A stretch of DNA of 64,000 bases from Thermoplasmata archaeon (GTDB taxonomy: Archaea; Thermoplasmatota; Thermoplasmata; Lutacidiplasmatales; UBA184): positions 10,152-74,151 of the forward strand of contig JBAUZT010000019.1 in the NCBI GenBank assembly GCA_049585415.1, read 5' to 3'. The position numbers were made by a program, and so were the translations under genes. The notes beneath the pieces are model-generated. The model ran no database searches, was not told the origin of the DNA, and saw only the letters and a list, made by a program, of their open reading frames with translations. Below, one piece after another: positions 58,113 through 64,000 of the stretch; the stretch's first letter is position 1, and every line of letters starts with the position of its first letter.

Positions 58113-58922
58113 ATGTACCACCAGATCTTGATCCCGGTCCGTGAGCCGTCCGAGGTCGAGCCGATGATCCGGTTCGGGGCGATGCTCCTCGACCCCGACG
58201 GCGAGATCCGGGTCCTCCACATCATCCCGACCACGACCCTCCCCCAGGTCGCGCGCGAGTGGCGCAACTCGGTGAACCTGGTCGTCCCCGCCCACGAGGC
58301 CGCCGCCGCGCTGGACGTCCGCGTCGACCCCGAGGTCCGCGCGTCGACCGACGTGCCGGGGGAGATCCTCGATAGTGCGGAGTCGCACGGGGTCGACGCG
58401 ATCCTGATGAGCCTGCGCGGCGACAAGCGCAGCCGCAATCCGTTCGTCGGGCACACGGCGAGCGGGATCCTCCATCACGCCCACGCGGACGTGCTGATCC
58501 TGAACCGGCTCGCGCTCGGCGCCGGAAAGATCCCCCGGGTCCTGCTCCCCTCGTTCCGGACGTCCCCGTCGCCGCGCGCGATGCAGGTCGCCGAGGAGAT
58601 CGCGGTCCACAACGACGGGGCGTCCGTCACGACCCTCTCGCTCGAGCCCCGATCCGGGGGAGACGTGGACGAGGGGATCGAACGGGAAGAACACACGGCC
58701 CGCGGGGTTCCCGTCACGCGCAAGCACTCGATGTTCTCCGGCTCCCTCGTCCGCCGGCAGCGGCTTCCCCAGGTCATTCTCCAGGCCGCGCAGCGCGAGC
58801 GGTTCGGCCTCCTCCTCGTCAGCGAGGAAGGGGACCAGGCGGGAGGGGCCCTCCTGACGCGGCCGTTTCTCGAGGAGCTGTTCCGTGCGGCGCCGTGCCC
58901 CGTCCTCGCGCTACGGAGCTAG
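58113..58922 (+). CDS. tandem universal-stress-protein (UspA) domain protein, KdpQ-like
   Basis: Two Usp-like halves (HIIPTT..., GHTASGILHHAHADVLI). The start lies 3 nt after the kdpC stop. Confidence 0.7.
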   Translation: MYHQILIPVREPSEVEPMIRFGAMLLDPDGEIRVLHIIPTTTLPQVAREWRNSVNLVVPAHEAAAALDVRVDPEVRASTDVPGEILDSAESHGVDAILMSLRGDKRSRNPFVGHTASGILHHAHADVLILNRLALGAGKIPRVLLPSFRTSPSPRAMQVAEEIAVHNDGASVTTLSLEPRSGGDVDEGIEREEHTARGVPVTRKHSMFSGSLVRRQRLPQVILQAAQRERFGLLLVSEEGDQAGGALLTRPFLEELFRAAPCPVLALRS

Positions 58923-58939
58923 CGCGGCGGAGAAGCGCC

Positions 58940-59728
58940 GTGTCGGAACTGTCGTTCGTCGGGCTCGGGCTCTCGGACGAGCGGGGGCTCTCCTCGCGCG
59001 CCTGGGAGGCGCTGCGCGCCGCCGACGAGGTGTTCGCCGAGGAGTACACCGCGACGCCGCTCGACGGCACGTGGGAACGGCTCAGCGCCGAGCTCCACCG
59101 CCGGGTCCAGCGGCTCAGTCGAGCCGAGCTCGAATCCGAGCGGCCGATCCTCGAGGCGCTCGAGCGGTCTCCCCACGTGGTCCTCCTCGTCGTCGGGGAC
59201 CCGTTCGCGGCGACCACCCACGTCGCGCTCCGTCTGGCCGCCGAGCGGGCCGGCCACCGATGGACGTACCTGCCCAACGCGAGCATCCTCACGGCCGCGG
59301 CCGGATTCCTTGGGCTCCAGCCGTACCGCTTCGGTCGCACGGTCTCCCTGCCGTTCCCGGAGCCCGGGTTCGCTCCGCCCTCGCCGCTCGAACAGATCGC
59401 GGGGAACCGGGAACGCGGTCTCCACTCGCTCGTCCTGCTCGACCTCCGTCCCGCGGAGGGGAAGTTCCTCTCCGGGGCGAGCGCCCTCGCGTTGCTCCGC
59501 GAGCGCGACCCCGAGGGCGCCGTCATCCCCCGGGGAGCGCCCGTCGCGGTCGCGGCCCGGGTCGGCCGGGACGACGCCGCGGCGTGGTTCGGGCCCCTCG
59601 AATCGCTCGCCCAACTCGACTTCGGACCCCCGATGCACGTCGTCGTCGTTCCGGCCGCGGAACTGCACTTCGAAGAGGCAGCCGCGCTCGAGCGGTACCG
59701 CCACGATGCGGCCGGACGGTCGGCCTAG
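58940..59728 (+). CDS. dph5: diphthine synthase
   Basis: Tetrapyrrole-methylase-fold diphthine synthase (FVGLGLSDERGLS, LLVVGDPFAATTH). GTG start. Confidence 0.85.
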   Translation: MSELSFVGLGLSDERGLSSRAWEALRAADEVFAEEYTATPLDGTWERLSAELHRRVQRLSRAELESERPILEALERSPHVVLLVVGDPFAATTHVALRLAAERAGHRWTYLPNASILTAAAGFLGLQPYRFGRTVSLPFPEPGFAPPSPLEQIAGNRERGLHSLVLLDLRPAEGKFLSGASALALLRERDPEGAVIPRGAPVAVAARVGRDDAAAWFGPLESLAQLDFGPPMHVVVVPAAELHFEEAAALERYRHDAAGRSA

Positions 59729-60132
59729 GGATTCGTCGTGGTACTGGAACCGTTCGACGACGAGGGGAGGAGCGCCTCGGCGAACTGCCGGATCCGGAAC
59801 GGTCGAAGGAGCACCACGTCCGGCGCTTTCTCCTTCTCGGTCGAGATGCTGGGGGGACGGGAGGCCGGCGCGACGAGGATCACCCGGAGTTGCGGGGAGG
59901 CTCGACGGGCCTCGCTCACGAGCGCGCCGGGACTTCCTTCGGCGAGGTTCACGTCCGCGACGAGAAGGGTCGGGTGGTGTTCCCGGATCAGCTCGAGGCA
60001 CTGGGTCGCCCCTTCCGCCTCGCCATCCACGCGGAGATGGTGCAGTCGAAGGAGGCCCCGGAGCAGCACCCGCGTCTCTTCGTCACCCGCCGCTACGACC
60101 GCGGACGCCGCCGGTGGGCTTGTGTCGACCAT
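59725..60132 (-). CDS. receiver (REC)-like domain protein, stand-alone
   Basis: CheY-like pattern (RVLL...LLVADVNL...RVILV) with no output domain. Moderate similarity only. Confidence 0.45.
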   Translation of the reverse strand: MVDTSPPAASAVVAAGDEETRVLLRGLLRLHHLRVDGEAEGATQCLELIREHHPTLLVADVNLAEGSPGALVSEARRASPQLRVILVAPASRPPSISTEKEKAPDVVLLRPFRIRQFAEALLPSSSNGSSTTTNP

Positions 60133-60264
60133 TCTGTATGACCGGCCGCATTTGGCCTCCCGAAGGCCCGCTCACTGGTCGTTAGTTACACACACCGAGG
60201 GGGTATTTTTGACTATCCCGCGTACTCGCATCATTCGCTAACCGGCGTGCGACACTGCCTCCGG

Positions 60265-61830
60265 TCATTCATCGGAGGGTGAGGGGACGGGTTCGCGCTC
60301 CCCCCAGTCGGCGACCCCCGCGGCCTGGAGCAGCGCGTCCATCGCCGCGTGGTAGCGCTCCGCGGGGGCCGCGAGGACCGAACGGGCCCGGTCGGCGAGC
60401 GCCCCGCCGAACTCCTGCTCGGTCTTCGAGAACTGCCAGGCGTGCGCGTTGCCCCTCCCGAGCGCGATCAGTAGACCGAAAGCGATCCCGCGTTCCTTGC
60501 CCTCCTGGGGGAGCGACTGCACCAGGGCTCGCTCGGCGGCGCCGCTCCCGTGGGTCCGGTACTCCCGCGCGATGCGGTCGACCCACGCCGCTTCGTGCAC
60601 GAGACGTTGGTAGCGCGGCAGCTCCTCGAGCACGTGCGCCTCTTCCGTGCTCCGCTGGGCCCGTTTGAGGACCTCGGCGACGCGTCCCGGAGCGCCGCGC
60701 GCCTCGGCGATCCACCGGCGGGCGTCCTCCGGGTCGGGGACGATCGTGCTCACGATCACTTCGGCGTGCTGGGGCCACAGCCGCTCGAGCGCGCGGCTCG
60801 CCGACGGCTCGTCCACCTCGAAGTACCCTCGGACGTCCTCGAGCGCCCGGCCCACCGCGCGGCGCTCGAGCGGCGTGCCGTCGAGGGCTTCGAGGAACGC
60901 GTCCCGCTTGCTGCCGTAACAGACGCCGCCCGCGACGAACGTGGGGCGGGACGTCCCCTCGATCCGCGGGCGGAGCTCGTCCGAGTACGCGTCGAGGAGC
61001 TGGCTATCGGAGAGGCGACCGAGCTCGTAGCGCTTCCGCGTCGCCTTCGGGAGCTCGGGAAGTCGCGCGTGCACGCACTCGTCGCCGCCGAGGCACCGCA
61101 CGTTCCACTGGGCGTCGACGAGGAACTCGGCGCTCGGGTCCGGCACCGCGGCCCCGTCCGAGACGCTCGAGAGAAGGTGCCGCTCGGGCTTCGCGCACCG
61201 TCGGCAGACGCGGAACGCCGTGCCCGCGCCCGGCCACGCGACCTCGAGGAACGGGCGCGGCTCCCCGGCCTTGAGGTGCGTGCAGAGGAAGAGGTGCTTC
61301 GCCGGGTCCTCGATCAGGCGGTACGGGAGTTCCGCGACGCGTTCCGACCGGAACTCGTCGGGGGGCGTCGCGGATCTCCCCGTACACCAGAGGGTTTTGT
61401 GGGTCGCGAAGAAGTGGAAGCCGCGACGTGCCCACTCGACGTAGCCGAGGAGCAATCGGGCCGGCTCGTCCGACTGCTGGACCGCGACCTCGGACTCGCG
61501 CGGGGCGCGGGAGAGGCTCGCGTAGGAGACCTCCCCGTCGGGTACGGGGTACGAGACGACGGACGGCGTCTTGGGGTCGAGGTAGAACTTGAGGAGCCCC
61601 GCGTACGACCGAACGAGCGGGTCCCCCCAGCGGCTCATCCGCTCGAGCCGCTTCTCGTCGTCCCGCGCCTCGCGCGCCTCTTCGAGCTCGGCCTTCAACC
61701 GGTCGAACTTCTCGGGAGGACAGTCGCGGGTGCGGCGCGGCAGGAGGGGGTCGACCGACTCGCGGAGGACCTTCGCCCGCGCGATGAGGTCGTGCTCGCG
61801 CACGCCGGTCCCTTTCCGAATGCGGGGCAT
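60265..61830 (-). CDS. hypothetical protein (521 aa, conserved-looking, unassigned)
   Basis: Natural amino-acid composition (K, Y, F, W, C), in contrast to the overlapping Arg/Ala-rich antisense ORF. Contains Cys-containing segments (CTHLK..., CRRCAKPERH). No family recognised. Confidence 0.5.
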   Translation of the reverse strand: MPRIRKGTGVREHDLIARAKVLRESVDPLLPRRTRDCPPEKFDRLKAELEEAREARDDEKRLERMSRWGDPLVRSYAGLLKFYLDPKTPSVVSYPVPDGEVSYASLSRAPRESEVAVQQSDEPARLLLGYVEWARRGFHFFATHKTLWCTGRSATPPDEFRSERVAELPYRLIEDPAKHLFLCTHLKAGEPRPFLEVAWPGAGTAFRVCRRCAKPERHLLSSVSDGAAVPDPSAEFLVDAQWNVRCLGGDECVHARLPELPKATRKRYELGRLSDSQLLDAYSDELRPRIEGTSRPTFVAGGVCYGSKRDAFLEALDGTPLERRAVGRALEDVRGYFEVDEPSASRALERLWPQHAEVIVSTIVPDPEDARRWIAEARGAPGRVAEVLKRAQRSTEEAHVLEELPRYQRLVHEAAWVDRIAREYRTHGSGAAERALVQSLPQEGKERGIAFGLLIALGRGNAHAWQFSKTEQEFGGALADRARSVLAAPAERYHAAMDALLQAAGVADWGEREPVPSPSDE

Positions 61831-61893
61831 GCGATGACCTCCGCCCGAGCGAACGACGGGTCGTACATATTCCCGCGGGTCCCCTCTCGGGGG

Positions 61894-62457
61894 CTAGCGG
61901 TGGCACGCATCGAGGAAGTGGCGGAAGATCTCGCGCCCGCCTTCCGTGTGTTCGACCTCGGGGTGGAACTGCACTCCCCAGATCGGCTTCGAGGGGTGGG
62001 TCATCGCCTCGACCTTGCAGGCCGCCGAATGCGCGAGGACCTCCCAGCCGGGAGGCGCCTCCGCGACCTCGTCGTTGTGGTTCGCCCACACCCGGAATCG
62101 GGGCGGGAGCCCCGCGAAGATCGGGTGGTCCGGCCGGTCGACCTGGAGGTCGACGGAGCCGAACTCCGGCGAGGAGCGGAGGAGCTTTCCCCCGAAGTGT
62201 CGCCCGAGGTATTCGTGCCCCAAGCAGATCGCCAGCACGGGCACGTCGACCGTGTCGATCCACTCCCCGACCCGACCGAGGGGGTCGTCCGTCCCCTCGA
62301 GGCTCAGCGCGCCCCCCGAGAGGACGACGCCGTCGGCGTGGAGCTCCGAAAGGGGAGTGGTGTTCGGCACGATCCGGGTCTCCGCGCCCAGGTCCCGGAG
62401 GACCCGCCACTCGCGGTGCGTCCACTGACCGCCGTTGTCGAGGACCGGGATCCTCAT
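61894..62457 (-). CDS. guaAA: GMP synthase (glutamine-hydrolysing) subunit A, class I glutamine amidotransferase
   Basis: The 187-aa split-type GATase of archaea (AICLGHE, Cys-His-Glu triad with HPE). Confidence 0.85.
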   Translation of the reverse strand: MRIPVLDNGGQWTHREWRVLRDLGAETRIVPNTTPLSELHADGVVLSGGALSLEGTDDPLGRVGEWIDTVDVPVLAICLGHEYLGRHFGGKLLRSSPEFGSVDLQVDRPDHPIFAGLPPRFRVWANHNDEVAEAPPGWEVLAHSAACKVEAMTHPSKPIWGVQFHPEVEHTEGGREIFRHFLDACHR

Positions 62458-62816
62458 CCGCGGCCTCCGGTGGGGGGGCGTTCGGCTGGGGGGTCGCGGG
62501 CGTCGTTCGCGCGGGAGAGCCCGTCGACCGTCGCCTTGATGTCCCGGATCTCTCCCCGCATCTTGAGCATCTCCTCCTCGAACGGCGTGAACCCCTGGGT
62601 GCGGAGCACGCGGGCGGAGATGTAGATCCCGATGTAGACCGCCCCGACGAGCGCGAGGATCGTCGTGAACACGAGCGCGAAGACGAAGGCGAGGGGGTCG
62701 CCGATCGCGGACTGGATCGGCACGGTGAACACGTGGGTGATCTCCGCCACCTCGACGAACAGGAGGAACACGATGAGGACCGTCCAGAGGATGATCCCCC
62801 AGCGCGAAGCCCTCAT
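62454..62816 (-). CDS. small membrane protein (hypothetical, 3 TM)
   Basis: Hydrophobic N-terminal two-thirds, a charged C-terminus. Overlaps the guaAA start by 4 nt. Confidence 0.4.
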   Translation of the reverse strand: MRASRWGIILWTVLIVFLLFVEVAEITHVFTVPIQSAIGDPLAFVFALVFTTILALVGAVYIGIYISARVLRTQGFTPFEEEMLKMRGEIRDIKATVDGLSRANDARDPPAERPPTGGRG

Positions 62817-63397
62817 CCGCCGCCCCCGGACCCGACGTCGACGAGGGTGATGGGGAGGGGGAGGTTCGAGACCGGCGTGGAAAAGCCGCCGATCCCCGAC
62901 GTGCCGGAAGCGACGGTGAGGGTGTCGGTCGACGACCCCGGGGGCGTCCCGACCTCGAGGGCGATGAGTGCGACGTAGAGGGCGCTCGCCCCGTTCGCCG
63001 TGTAGAGGGCCGTGACGTTCACCGCGACGGGGCTCCTATTGGTCGACGCATCGACCGCCACGACCGAGGAGGCGTTCTGCCAATCCGTCCAGTTCAAGCG
63101 GCCCGAGGGAAAACCGCCCGTCCAGTTGAAATCGGTCGCGAGCGCCAGGCGGATCTCCGAGTAGCGGGCGGTGGAGCTCAGCGCGCGGACGTAGAAGTGG
63201 ATCGTCGAGTTTCCGGGGAGGGCGTCGACGATCAGCTCGGCCTGCGAGAAGATGCTCCCCGCCACGGGCTGCCCGTTCGAGGTGAGGACCGGCGTGAGGA
63301 CGATCAGGATCGCGAGAAGGAGCGCGACTCCGACGAGCGGACCCGGGAAGAGGCCGGCGAGACGGCTCACGGGCTTCCCTCCGCTCCGACCTTCCAA
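62813..63397 (-). CDS. secreted/membrane-anchored hypothetical protein with an N-terminal TM and sequon-rich β-region
   Basis: N-terminal hydrophobic anchor (LVGVALLLAILIVLTPVL), five N-x-S/T sequons and a Gly-rich C-terminus. Operonic with the preceding membrane protein. Confidence 0.4.
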   Translation of the reverse strand: MEGRSGGKPVSRLAGLFPGPLVGVALLLAILIVLTPVLTSNGQPVAGSIFSQAELIVDALPGNSTIHFYVRALSSTARYSEIRLALATDFNWTGGFPSGRLNWTDWQNASSVVAVDASTNRSPVAVNVTALYTANGASALYVALIALEVGTPPGSSTDTLTVASGTSGIGGFSTPVSNLPLPITLVDVGSGGGG

Positions 63398-63951
63398 CCC
63401 CGATACAGTCGATGGGCCACGCCGAGATGGTCGAGCACCTTGCCGGCGAGGTAGGCGGTCTGATCATCGACCGATTTCGGATGGAGATAGTAGGGCGGAG
63501 CCGCGTCCAGCACCACGACCCCGAGCTCGCTGAGGGTGGTGAGGTGCCGGAGCATCGTCGTCGGTAGGGGGGACTCGCGCGGGACGATGACGAGGGTGCG
63601 TCGCTCCTTCAGGTGGACGTGGGCGGCTCGAGTGAGGAGGGTATCGCCGAAGCCGAGCGCGACCTTGGCGACGGTATTCGCCGAGCAGGGAACGATGACC
63701 ATACCGCGCGTCGGGCTCGAGCCGCTCGCGATCGGCGCACCGAGGTCGTGGTCGGAGTACGTCTGTAAGGCCAGGTCCGAGAGCGCCTTCGGCTCGAGAC
63801 CGCACTCCTCGCGGAGCACCGCGGTCGCACCGTCGGAGATGACCAGCGCCACCGACACGCCGGCGTCCTTGAGGGCACCCAGCACCCGAACGGCGATCGG
63901 CGCGCCGCTCGCACCCGAGACGCCGACGACCACCGGGGCTCCGTTCGCCAA
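63367..63951 (-). CDS. ubiX: UbiX-family flavin prenyltransferase
   Basis: VGVSGASGA flavoprotein motif and UbiX/PAD1 conservation throughout. Confidence 0.85.
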   Translation of the reverse strand: MANGAPVVVGVSGASGAPIAVRVLGALKDAGVSVALVISDGATAVLREECGLEPKALSDLALQTYSDHDLGAPIASGSSPTRGMVIVPCSANTVAKVALGFGDTLLTRAAHVHLKERRTLVIVPRESPLPTTMLRHLTTLSELGVVVLDAAPPYYLHPKSVDDQTAYLAGKVLDHLGVAHRLYRGWKVGAEGSP

Positions 63952-64000
63952 TCGCTTACCCGTCCTTAAGAAGCTTCAACGAATCGGTCGATAAGACAGT

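Noticed and set aside
1-64000. Looked for CRISPR arrays, rRNA, and transposase/integrase genes, especially next to the three tRNA genes.
   Set aside because: No regularly spaced direct repeats, no rRNA-like conserved stretches, and no ORF with DDE/tyrosine-recombinase motifs were found. The tRNA-flanked island therefore has no detectable mobility genes in this window.
1-64000. Considered that the contig is from a haloarchaeon (high GC, KdpFABCQ-like operon, intron in tRNA-Trp).
   Set aside because: Proteins are not enriched in Asp/Glu and are not Lys-depleted in the way haloarchaeal proteomes are. Hef lacks the nuclease domain. Lineage is left as an unspecified, possibly Thermoplasmatota-like, euryarchaeon.

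Overview
This 64 kb window has a GC content of roughly 68% and is almost entirely coding. It appears to be a chromosomal segment from an archaeon. Evidence for that call: archaeal-type Orc1/Cdc6, aSUI1, diphthine synthase, archaeal-type S-adenosylmethionine synthetase, Elp3, a split GMP synthase subunit A, a Hef-type helicase without a nuclease domain, the IPK plus type-2 IDI mevalonate genes, an intron-containing tRNA-Trp, and surface proteins with YVTN/PKD/β-helix domains. The proteome is not acidic, so it is not a haloarchaeon. The Hef architecture suggests a Thermoplasmatota-like euryarchaeon, but this cannot be proven from sequence alone. I call about 55 CDS, 3 tRNAs (Trp with a 91-nt intron, Ala-UGC, Pro-CGG), a kdpFABC operon with an unlisted 37-aa kdpF and a Usp (KdpQ-like) gene, an Fe-siderophore/B12-type ABC importer, an ABC-2 exporter, and a DNA-repair neighbourhood (Lhr, UvrB, NUDIX). 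An accessory-looking block at about 22.7-39.4 kb carries four very large N-glycosylation-sequon-rich surface proteins that share an unusual C-terminal anchor, plus a bacterial-style class III adenylyl-cyclase/AAA/TPR protein, flanked by tRNA genes. No CRISPR array, rRNA, transposase or integrase was seen. Because of the high GC content, long antisense ORFs in the six-frame track are spurious. The most interesting candidates are a rhodanese paired with a GcvH-like(K->R)/TusA-like fusion protein (a possible sulfur relay), the shared surface-protein anchoring module, the adenylyl-cyclase STAND-like protein, the tRNA-Trp intron (a possible C/D guide RNA), and a candidate replication origin upstream of orc1/cdc6.
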